This document shows, piece by piece, positions 52,841 to 64,000 of a stretch of 64,000 bases of DNA (positions within the stretch are counted from its first letter, which is position 1; each line of letters starts with the position of its first letter). The stretch lies in the NCBI GenBank assembly GCA_030390025.1, contig CM059431.1, positions 128,466,001-128,530,000 on the forward strand, in the 5' to 3' direction. Source of the DNA: Squalus acanthias (Eukaryota). Position numbers and translations under genes: made by a program. The notes beneath the pieces are model-generated. The model saw only the letters and a program-made list of their open reading frames with translations, was not told the DNA's origin and searched no databases.

Positions 52841-53003
52841 TTGCCCGCTGAGTCCAGCGCTGGTTCCTAAGCTCGCCAGGGACTGTTCTTTTATTTTATT
52901 GAAGTAGTGGCTTGCTGATGTTAAAAGTTTTTTTTAAAGTGTGCAGGAAGTGCTGCTGGATGCTTGCAAGGCCTCAGATGGTAAAGGAAAGCCTCTAAGA
53001 AGA

Positions 53004-53140
53004 CAGAAAATGCTGCAAATACTCAGCAGGTCAGGCAACATCTGTGAAGAGAGAAACAGAGTTCATGTCCCAGGATGAGATGCTGCCTGACCAGCTGAGT
53101 ATTTCCAGCATTTTATGCTGTCATTTCAGATTTACAGCAT
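53004..53140. repeat. Short inverted-repeat element (Penelope-like termini)
   Basis: AAAATGCTGCAAATACTCAGCAGGTCAGGCAACATC ... GATGCTGCCTGACCAGCTGAGTATTTCCAGCATTTT. Confidence 0.65.
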
Positions 53141-53338
53141 TCGCTCGCAGAGGGAAGAGGAAGATACAAAAGAGGAGGAAGCAGAAGAGGAGAAAGCAGA
53201 AGGAAGGATGTAACCCAGACAGCCCATTTCTGGCTGGGATTTCTGGGATGGAATCATCCGCCTGTGGTCCCCGTGACCACAACCCTAATTTCCCTTTCCA
53301 CATTAGGCCCACATCTTACCTTCCCTCTGTAACTGACC

Positions 53339-56262
53339 ATAAGAACATAAGAACATAAGAAATAGGAGCAGGAGTAGGCCAATCGGCCCCTCGAGCCTGC
53401 TCCGCCATTCAATAAGATCATGGCTGATCTGATCCTAACCGCCAATCTACTATCTATCACAGAACCATCTCCTGCATCTAACAGAATTGCACACACGAAA
53501 TAGGAGCAGAATCAGGCTACACGGTCCCTGGGCCCGCTCCACTACCCACAGGGCCATGACCGATCCGAACCTAGACTCATGTCCAAATTCCTGCCCGCTC
53601 CCCATAACCCTTAATGCCCTTTACTTCTAGGAAACTGACTTTTTCTGTTTTAAATTTATTTAATGATGTAGCTTCTACAGCTTTTTGTGGCAGCATATTC
53701 CATGGACCTACCACCCTCTGAGTGAAGTAGTTCCTCCTCATCTCAGTTTTGAAAGAGCAGCCCCTTATTCTAAGACTATGTCCCCTAGTTCTAGTCTCAC
53801 CCGTCATCGGGAACATCCTCCCCACATCCACCCGATCCAACCCCTTCACAATCTTATATGTTTCAATAAGATCGCCTCTCATTCTTCTGAACTCCAATGA
53901 GTAGAGTCCCAATCTACCCAACCTCTCCTCATATGACCACCCCCTCATCTCCGGGATTAACCGAGTGAACCTTTTTTGCACTGCCTCGAGAGCAAGGATG
54001 TCTTTCCTTAAGTAAGGACACCAAAACTGTATGCAGTATTCCAGGTGCGGTCTCACCAATACCTTGTACAACTGAAGCAATACCTCCCTATTTTTATATT
54101 CTATCCCCCTAGCAATGAAAGCCAACATTCCATTTGCCTTCTTAATCACTTGCTGCACCTGCATACTAACCTTTTGAGTTTCGTGCACCAGGACCCTCAG
54201 ATCCCTTTGCACTTCAGTACTCTCCAGTTTCTTGCCATTAAGATAATAAATTGCTCTAGGATTTTTCCTGCCAAAGTGCATCACCTCACACTTTCCAGTG
54301 TTGTATTCCATCTGCCAAATCTCTGCCCACTTACTTAGCCTGTCTATGTCCCCTTGCAGGTTTTTTATGTCCTCCTCACTCACTACTTTCCCTCCCATCT
54401 TTGTATCATCTGCAAATTTTGATATGTTACACTTGGTCCCTTCCTCCAAATCGTTAATATAGATTGTAAAGAGTTGGGGACCCAGCACTGACCCCTGTGG
54501 AACACCACTAGTTACTGATTGCCAGTCTGAGAATGAACCATTTATCCCAACTCTTTGCTTTCTGTTAGATAGCCAATCCTCTATCCATGCCAGAATATTA
54601 CCCCCAATCCCGTGATTTTTTACCTTAAGCAATAATCTTTTGTGTGGCACCTTGTCAAATGCCTTTTGGAAGTCTAAATACACTACGTCCACTGGTTCCC
54701 CTTTATCCACTCTATATGTTACTTCCTCAAAGAACTCCAGCAAATTTGTCAAACATGACTTCCCCTTCGTAAAACCATGCTGACTTTGTTCTATTAAATT
54801 ATGATTATCCAATTGTCCTGTTACTGTTTCCTTAATAATGGACTCCAAAATTTTACCTACCACTGATGTTAGGCTAACCGGTCTATACTTACCAGCCTTC
54901 TGTCTACTGCCCTTTTTAAATAAGGGTGTTACATTAGCAGTTTTCCAGTCTGCCGGGACCTTAGCGGAATCCAGGGAGTTTTGAAAAATTATTACCAATG
55001 CATCTACAATCCCTACCGCCACTTCCTTCAAGACTCTAGGATGTAAGCCATCAGGTCCAGGTGATTTATTCGCCTTGAGTCCCATTATTTTACCGAGTAC
55101 CACTTCCTTAGTGATTTTGATCGTGTTTAGCTCCTCTCCCCCTGTAGCCCCCTGTTTGTCCAGTGTTGGGATATTCTTAGTGTCCTCTACTGTAAAGACT
55201 GATACAAAATATTCATTCAGTGTTTTTGCCATCTCCATATTTCCCACCATTAATTTCCCGGTCTCATCCTCTAAGGGACCAACATTTACTTTAGCCACCC
55301 TTTTTCTTTTTATATAACTATAAAAACTCTTACTATCTGTTTTTATATTTTTTGCTAATTTACTTTCATAATCTATCTTCCCTTTCTTAATCAATCTTTT
55401 TGTTATTTTTTGCTGCCTTTTAAAGTTTTCCCAATCCTCTGTCCTCCCACTAGATTTCGCTACCTTATATGCCCTTGTTTTTAGTCGAATACTATCCTTA
55501 ATTTCTTTACTTAGCCACGGATGACTGTCCTTTCTTTTACACCCTTTTCTTTTCAGTGGAATATATTTTTTTGGAAGTTGTAAAATAACTCCTTGAATGT
55601 ACACCACTGATCATGTGTCGTCTTACCCTTTAATCTATTTTCCCAATCCACTCTACTCAATTCCGCTCGCATACCTTCATAGTCTCCTTTATTCAAGCTT
55701 AGCACGCTTGTTTGAGATCCAACCTTCTCACCCTCTAATTGAATATGGAATTCAACCATGTTATGGTCACTCATTCCAAGGGGATCCTTTACTAGGACAT
55801 TTTTAATTAATCCTGTCTCGTTACACAGGACCAGATCTAAGGTTGCTTGCCCCCTGGTCGGTTCAGTTACATACTGCTCAAGAAACCCATCCCTCATACA
55901 CTCAATGAACTCATCCTCAAGGCAGCCCTGCCCCATTTGATTTGTCCAATTAATATGATAGTTAAAATCCCCCATAATTATAGATGTTCCCTTATTACAT
56001 GCCTCAACTATTTCCTGATTGATACTCCGTCCAACAGAGTTGCAACTGTTCGGAGGCCTATAGACTACGCCCACTAGTGTTTTTTTCCCCTTATTATTCC
56101 TTATCTCCACCCAAACTGTTTCATTATCATGATTTTTTGACCCAATATTATTACTCTGTATTACAGTGATTCCTTCCTTTATTAACATAGCCACCCCACC
56201 TCCCCTTCCTTCCTGCCTGTCCTTCCTGATCGTTAAATAACCTGGTATGTTTAATTCCCAGG
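53339..56262 (-). mobile_element. Young CR1 LINE, 5'-truncated; ORF2 broken by one frameshift at ~55565
   Basis: 245-aa APE-containing ORF overlaps a 676-aa RT ORF at a T-run; all RT motifs intact; an extra CR1 tail at 53339-53440. Confidence 0.93.
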
Positions 56263-56565
56263 CACAATGCTGAAATAAAAGCCACCACAAAGCAAACTTT
56301 CTAATCCAACTTTATACATCTATCCATCCAATATGACATCAAGAAATCAACTCATCACCCTTATGCATTCTCTTTGTGGCATAGATTGATGCCATCCTTT
56401 GCAGTATTATCAGAGGGAGCTTCCCTACAATGTTGGGTATCCTGGAGCAAGTGGCAGGAACATTTATACATGTCCCACTAATGCAGAGGCCTCCTGAGAC
56501 ATAACTATATGGATTTTTGAGGAATGATTTTTCGGGGATGTAATTTCTGGTAGTTGGGTATGTGC

Positions 56566-58133
56566 AAGAACATAAGAACATAAGAATTAGGAGCAGGAAA
56601 AGGCCATAGGACCCCTCGAGCCTGCTCCACCATTCAATAAGATCATGGCTGATCTTCAAACTCAACTCCACATTCCTGCCTGATCCCCATATCTCTTGAT
56701 TCCTCTAGAGTCCAAAAATCTATCTATTTCAGCTTTGAAGATACTCAACGACTAAGCATCCACAGCTCTTTGAGGCAGAGAGTTCCAAAGATTCACAATC
56801 CTCTGAGTGAAGAAAGTCCTCCTCATCTCAGTCTTAAAAGGTCGACCCCTTATCCTGAGACTTTGACCCCTAGTTCAAGTCTCTCTAACCAAGGGAAACA
56901 ATCTTTCAGCATCTATCCTGTAAATTCCCTCAGAATCTTATATGTTTCAATGAGATCACCTCTCATTCTTCTAAACGCCAGAGAGTATAGGCCCAATCTA
57001 CTCAATCTCTCCTCATCTAAGGAATCAATCTGGTGAACCTTCATTGCACCGCCTCCAAGGCAAGTATATCCTTCCTTAGATAAGGAGACCAAGACTGTGC
57101 ACAGTACTCCAGGGGGGAAAAATTCAGTATCGCCCCATTTGGGGCGTAATTATCGGCCGGGCGCAAAGATTAGCGCCTGGCGCTAATTATCGCCTCCGAC
57201 TACAAACTTGGCTTTTATCGCCCTTGGAGGTGATTGGAGCACTAAATCAGGCGCTACACACCTGTCTTAAGGCGCAAAGGGCGAGGAGCGAGGCGCTACC
57301 TCAGAGTGCTGGCGAAGCTCATGTGATGTCAGTCAGCAATGGAACACAGACACAGTGATGCCAGCCAGTTCTTAAAGGGGATGGTTGATCTTGCTCTCCA
57401 TCCACATCCTGCTCATTGCAGCCTTGAATCTCAGCCTGGAGAGACCTGTATATCAAATCTGCTGGAAACAACAATGGAGAGTACCAGGGAAAGATCTCAG
57501 AGTGCAGTCCCCACAGTCTCTTCTAAATCGATACAAGGAAGGGCAAATCAAAATGAACCTGCAAAGTGCTGCTCAGTACCCAAAACTCCTTCACACAACG
57601 TTGAATCTCACCAGAAGTCTCTCTCTCTCTCTCTCAGAATGCGTGGTGCAAAAATGTCACCAACAAAAAAAGGCAGGAAGCGTTCGCCTATAAATAGCGC
57701 TCCCCCAGTCCCTTCCTGACTGCAAAACGCTCCCCTCAACCTGTTGTTGCTAGCGGCCGGCGGTAAGGCAGGGAGCACCACTCAATATCTGGTCCGGGGC
57801 GCTACCGGGGCGTTGCGCACTCGACTGACGTCACGATCTGCCGGCGCAGGAGATCGTGGCGGTAGTGTTTAGCGCTGCCGCAAAATGTCTAGTTAATTTC
57901 GTGCGCGGTGCAAACATCGCCGCGCACTGGCGCTAGTTGCTTTGCGCCCCATTAGCGCATTCTTAAGGCGCTAACAGGAGGCGCAAACCAACTGAATTTT
58001 TCCTCCCTGCAGGTGTGGTGTCACCAAGGCCGTGTACAATTGTACAGCAAGACTTCCTTACTCCAACCCTCTAGCAATAAAGGCCAACATGCCATTTGCC
58101 TTCCTAATTGCTTGCTGTACCTGCATGCTAACT
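56566..58133 (-). mobile_element. CR1 3' fragment interrupted by a Harbinger MITE
   Basis: (AAGAACAT)n tail; CACAGTACTC|CAGGTGTGG is rejoined when the MITE is removed. Confidence 0.85.
57110..58009. mobile_element. Non-autonomous derivative of the 10922-15105 Harbinger, opposite orientation
   Basis: Same TIR GGGGGAAAAATTCAGT; both ends match the autonomous-type copy over several hundred bp; genes absent. Confidence 0.9.
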
Positions 58134-58136
58134 CTC

Positions 58137-59555
58137 AGGCCAGAATTTTCCGGGGGTGGGGGGCATCAGCGGGCAGGATCGGTGGCGGGTCGGCTGGGAA
58201 ATTTGATATTTTTGACAGCGGGTCAGGACCACTCTGTCATCCCACCGCAACGCACCTTTCCCAATGACGTGTGTGTGTGATCGCCGATCCAACCCAACCC
58301 GCAGAGGTGGGCGACCCAATTAAACCAATGATTGCGTTGTTGACAGACCCTTAATAATGCTTTTAATATTACCTTTTCATTTTAACTGCTCGCCCACAGG
58401 GTCCATGCTGCTCAGGGACCATGTCCATTAACCTGAGGCGGAAGTTGAATCCCCATTGAATCAGCTGATTAGTTGACAGCTTGAAATGTGCTATAAAATC
58501 TTCCACCGCACAGCTGTTCACTTTCCAAGCTCAGAAGCTGTTGCTTAAACCATTTGGAACACAGATTGAGCTTTATGCAGGCTGCAAGTGTTTGGAGCAA
58601 ACTTTCCATCCAGTGTCACCTCATTGGAACAATCTCTCTCACCATTGACAGATTGCTTCTTTCATCTCTACTTCACCTGCCATCTATTCCAACATGGGTG
58701 CCCTTGAAACTACCTCACCTTGGTCCTCAGAATCTGACCACGATCAGCCCCAACACCAGCAGGACCAACAACAACACCAACCTTCTCCGCAATCACCTGA
58801 TGCTGCACAGGACAGAGGGCATCAGCACCCGAATACATTGCTGCCCGGGAGGCCAGGGATGGCCTTACCATGGCCAGATTTACTTCACTTGACACCGTAC
58901 ACCCTAGCTGCCACATGATTTTCCAGGTTGGCACCACCCCACACCAAAACCATAAAGCATCCCTACAATGACCAAGCCATTTCTTTCACACTCACTACCA
59001 TTACAGGGGGTGTCGTTATGTCTCACCATTCACTGCAACTCACTAAGCCAATTCCAAAGATGCACATAAATCTGTCCAAGAACAGAAAGTGTTGAAAATT
59101 AAGGTTTCAATGTTTGACAGCACATTAACAGAAACTTTACATGAACATTGGATAAAACACCCAAGTGGCTAACCTTGTGTGTTGTTAGTTGGTATGATTG
59201 CACTAGGATGAGGGGTGGCTAGTGAGACGGGGATGTGATAATGTACATAGAGAGAGAGGGATGGGTGGAGGTGCAAAGTAAGTTGATGTGCAGGAGTAGA
59301 GTAGGGAAGGCAGAGGGTTGGGGATGTGATGAGAGGCACTGGAGGATGAAGGTGAGTGTGGCTTTATACTAACGTTTTGTGATCTAATGAGATAATTGAA
59401 AGGTTCATGCCACTGCACTGAGGTCCTCCTGACGACATCCCTGCTTGTGACCTCCTCTGCAATGTCCAAGACTGTGTTGGTCTCCTGGGGAGGTCTCGTC
59501 CGCCCATGGGAAGGGAAGAGGACCTCCCTGCTGTGACTCCCTCCATAAGCATATC
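58137..59555. mobile_element. Internally deleted copy of the 44386-47840 Harbinger family, reverse orientation
   Basis: 58900-59070 matches the reverse complement of ~46590-46760; 59170-59550 matches the reverse complement of ~44725-45130. Confidence 0.75.
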
Positions 59556-59559
59556 CCAG

Positions 59560-59822
59560 GGCACTATTTCGAAGAAGAGCGGGGGAGTTATCCATGCTGT
59601 CCTGGCTAATATTTATCCCTCAATCAACATCATAAAAACAGATTATCTGGTCATTATCACATTGCTGTTTGTGAGAGCTTGCTGTGCGCAAATTGGCTGC
59701 CGTGTTTCCTACATTACAACAGTGACTACACTTCAAAAGTACTTCATTGGCTGTAAAGTGCTTTGAGACATCCTGAGGTCATGAAAAGCGCTATATAAAT
59801 CCAAGTCTGTCCTTTCTTTCTT
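59560..59822 (+). mobile_element. Deu-SINE-like 3' fragment
   Basis: Reverse complement of ~32850-33105. Confidence 0.7.
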
Positions 59823-61082
59823 GACTAATAGGCCTATATTTACTAGTTTCCAAAGGCATTGGTGGCTTCAAGAGTGGCAGCTAACACTGCTTCCATCAAT
59901 GCCTTGAGGATCAGCCTGAATGCCACACTTGCACAGGACTTGCAAGACCTGGTGGTGACTATTCAGTCTGTACTTACACTGACCAATAGCACCTTTTGAG
60001 CTTGTGTCTAATACCAGAGGGCTGCAAGGAATGGGCACAGATGTTACTGTCTCTCCAGAGAGTGGCACTGAACCTGTTTTCTATAGGGCTCCAGATATAG
60101 CTTCAGACATAGGCCTGGAAATTTTTGACAACTGAAAGAGCAGGGCTGCTGGAAGTGTGTCCTTCTGGAACAGCTGCTTGCCTGAGACAAGGGTCACCTT
60201 CGACTTCTAAGGCACCAGGGGGGCCATCCCAGCCACTCACCTCTCAACCTCATCTCACCAAGGGACCACTTCAGAGCAGTAGTAGATTAGAAAGTAAGTT
60301 AGCTGATACAACAATGTTAAGAAGTAGTTGTTGATAGGGTGATTGGAATTTTTAGTACTTTTTATAGATTTGGACAATATGTGAAGTAAACACAATTTGT
60401 GCACATAGTCTTCCGAGTTCAATCCTGTGCACACTTCCAGCTTTCAGTGGTCGTAATGATGGCAGGGGAAATGTAGAACTTTCCAGAAGTCTTTATCAGT
60501 GCAGGTGTTGGGGGAGCACAGGCAGGTGCGAACTAACTCTTTTGGTGATTGTACCTTTATTTAATGTAAGCATTGTGTATCAGTTGCACCCTTCTTTCTC
60601 TGGTTGCTGGCTCTCCTGTCCTATGCTCTCTCCTTCCTATACATCCTCCTCATAACGTGGGCAGCAAGACCCTTCCATCTCTCTTCGTCATCATCGCCTT
60701 CAGCTTTTGGATGCAACGAGCCTTTCTTCATTGCGATATTAAGCAGAATGTATTAAGCAGTAATGGTTCTTGATACTCTTACTGAGCTTTATTACCAGGC
60801 ACCTAAAACTGAACTTGGGAACTCCTATAGCTTACCCATTTCTTTTAATGGCATGGGCATTATTGCATCTGTTTTCAACCTTTGTCTATGGAAGCTTTAC
60901 TGGAGTCATCAGCCATGACTGCTGCAGATAATCTTGAGGACCAATTAACCATCTAGGCACATGAGTGGGCACAGTGGATTGTTACCTCATGAAAGCATCA
61001 TGGCAGCTTTCTGTGTATCTGACATTGACATGCAGGATAAAATAATTGACATTGAACACTAGTGAGACATTAGTAGAATGAA

Positions 61083-61262
61083 ACGTCCACCTGAGAGGGC
61101 AGACGGGGCCTCAGTTTTAACATCTCATCCAAAAGACAGCACCTCTGACAGTGCAGCACGCCCTCAGTACTGCACTGGAATGACACCCTAGATTTATGTG
61201 CTCAAGGCTCTGGAGTGGGACATGAACCCACAACCTTCTGACTCAGAGACAAGAGTGCTACC
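61083..61262 (-). mobile_element. Deu-SINE-like 5' fragment
   Basis: Direct similarity to 33118-33268. Confidence 0.7.
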
Positions 61263-61399
61263 AACTTTTTTCTTAATATATTTTGTATTGAACATTAAAA
61301 ACATTTACAGCATTGTGATCGTTCCATTGTATCATACAAATCGATACCGCCAATCTGCACAGCCATTCCTCCACCACATATTAACATCAAAACCTGAAG

Positions 61400-64000
61400 T
61401 TTAATTTGTCTCCCATAACACATATTAATCAATTATACTTTAAAAATTGATCATAAAATCCTATCTTTAAATTCCTTTCTCAATAAAACATCCACAGAGC
61501 CTTATAATGATCTTTTAGCTTATATTTAAAAAACTCTTTTAGATTTATTCTCCTCCCCTTAAAAAACAGAGCATTCCTTCTTTGCACAATCATGAATCTA
61601 GCCAAACTGAACATTAAATTAATTGCTGCTCCACTAGACTCGGCCAGACTCTCCTGCAATCCCTATCTCAAAATTGAGTCCCATGGGATTCCCATTCTCT
61701 CTTTTCAGTCACCACCCAGCAAAAGAAAACCTTACGCAACTGTTGAACATTGTACTTAAAATCCTTTAACTGTGGACATAACACCAGTAAATGGAACAGA
61801 ATCTCATCCCATGTCCCACACACTGGGTAAGTTGCCCCCTCCACTCGCCCAATTTTACATAAGACCGTCATGGTAAAAATCCGGTTATGAGCCAATTTGA
61901 AATCCAGTTCAATCCGCTATGGACATTTCAAATTCGCCCACACTCCCTTCCAAATCCTGTTGAAGTCCAGCTGTGGGTATATACTTTGCCAAAACTCCTG
62001 ACCATCAGGTGTCTTGAATCTCCATTCTCTAAGTACCCCATAGAAATCTCAAGTATTACAGTTGTCAAATTGGACCAACTCCTCCCCTTTCTCCAGCAGA
62101 AAGCTTGGAAAAGCGGGACGCATTTTACTTCCTTTGGAGATTTGCGCATTTATTTCTTCCATCCAATCCTGTGGCATTGCCCTCACAATCTTCTCATACA
62201 TGATCATAATTGCTTTTTCCTCTACCTCCTGATCCTCCTCCCACACCGTGTCCCTCACTATTGCTTCTGGCAACCAACCTGGAATTACCTCATATAATAC
62301 ATCTTTTTAATCAATTTCAAAAACATATTATTGTATTCCATATACAATATCCCCTGCCATCCTATCCCACTTCATTTAAAAACATGCTCAAAACAACTCT
62401 TCCAAAAACTTGTATTTGACTTCTGAAGAAATCTCTTCACCCATTTGATTCTAAAGGATTTTTTCTTCAAATCAATAACTGGGAAATTGAGTCCTCCCTG
62501 ATTTCTCCGTCCAATGATGGTATTGTAAGCAACCAAGGCTGGTTTCCCTTCCCATAAAAACCTCACACAAGCCTCTCAGGTGGACTTTTCCGCCCACTCA
62601 GGAATATCCTCAACCGTCAATAAATACCATAGCTTAGATAGCAGGAGAGCGGACACCACTGTCGCTCTTCCTTGCACTTTCAACCACCTTCTTTCCCATC
62701 TTCCCAAAATCTTTTTAATTTTCATAACCTTTGGTTCCCAATTTAAGCGATCCACTTCATCCCTGTCCTTCTTAAACCCCATATGCACCCCAGAACTTCC
62801 AAAACCTCCACCACCTTAAAGGGGCATTCCTCCAACCACTCCCCCCTACCCCTTCCTGCAACCAGGCATTGGAACTTACTATAATTCACTGTGGCCCCTG
62901 AAGCTCTACAATACTCCTCCACTACTCCCATAGCTTTCCTCACTGACTCCCCATCTCTCAACGTTAAGGTTCTGTCATCTGCATATTGGTATACCACCGA
63001 CACCTACCCGGAACTGGGAACTGCAATCCCGACTGCGCCTTGTTCCTTTCGCATCATGTAACCAAATGGTTCTGCTACCAATATGTACAACAATGGGGAC
63101 AGGGGACAACCCTGTCCCACTGACCTCTGTATCGGAAAATACTTGGATAAAAAACAATTACATTTAACACAGCTAAATATGTTTGAATAAAAATTCCTTA
63201 TCCACTCAATTAAATTTTTCCTGAAACCAAATGCTTCCAAAACCATCAATAAAAACTCATGAGAGATCCTATCAAAGGCTTTCTCTTGATCTATCGTTAA
63301 CACATAAGCCTCCCTCCCACTCTCTTCCATGAGGTCTATTGCATCTTGGATTGAGACCACAGAGTCTGCGATGTCCCGGCCTACAACACCATAGGACTGA
63401 GAGAGCAAAACTATCTGCGGCATCACCTCCTTCATACAATTTGCCATAACCCTCGCCAAGATCTTATAATCCACATTTAATAATGTGATGGGCCTCCAAT
63501 TCTTTAGATCCCTTCTATCCCCTATATTTTTATAAACTAAGCTTATGATACCTCTCCTCATAGGTGGGGCCAGGCTTCCCTCAATTTTAATCTCCTCAAA
63601 AACCTCTAAGAGCAACGGACATAAAATCTCTAAAAATTCTTTATAAAATTCTGCACTTAGTCCATCGGACCCTGGGCTTTTCCCCCCTTCATTCTACTTA
63701 TTGCTACTTTTATTTCCGCTAATCCTACTTCTTTGTCACACATGCTTCTCTCATCCTCCTTTAAACCCTCTTCAATAAAAGCACTAACCTTCTCCATCGC
63801 CAATTTGGAAATGTCTTCTTTTGTATATAACTCTTGATAAAAGCTACTAGCCGCCTCTAAAATCTCCCCACTTTCATTAATGATCTTCTCCCCAACCTTC
63901 AACTCTCCAATTAATTATAATCTCTGTCACAGCTTCTCTTGCTCTAGAAAATATCTAGTGCATCTTTCTCTCGCCAATGCATCTTTTGCCTTTGCACAGA
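61400..64000 (-). mobile_element. Tx1/L1-clade LINE ORF2, degenerate, runs off the window
   Basis: WRPITLLNVDYKIL, DQEKAFDRI, QGCPLSPLLY, QYADD, GGLNFP, C-terminal CxxC..H..C remnant. Confidence 0.85.

Noticed and set aside
56270..56560. Unique-looking sequence here and at 60550-60960
   Set aside because: Faint Harbinger transposase remnants (GSFPTMLG; ILLNIA), too decayed to annotate

Overview
Vertebrate repeat-dominated DNA, most likely from a cartilaginous fish (inferred from HE1/V-SINE-like and Deu-SINE-like elements plus abundant CR1/L2 LINEs). I could not support any host protein-coding exon. The centrepiece is a 15.8-kb minus-strand endogenous retrovirus-like provirus (6371-22174) with 1.6-kb LTRs, a TTCA target-site duplication (TSD), a tRNA-Ser-like primer-binding site (PBS) and a polypurine tract (PPT). 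Its pol has a YVDD reverse transcriptase and a tether plus a complete second RNase H. Its ~778-codon env looks like a Mononegavirales F-type class I fusion protein, a lokiretrovirus-like design, and carries an N-terminal Ig-like domain. gag is missing. The provirus sits inside a CR1 LINE and itself hosts a complete two-gene Harbinger transposon and a MITE. The rest of the window holds a Gypsy element nested in a CR1, further CR1, L2, Tx1/L1 and Penelope fragments, decayed Harbingers, MITEs, SINEs and tandem repeats. All family assignments come from motif recognition, not database searches.
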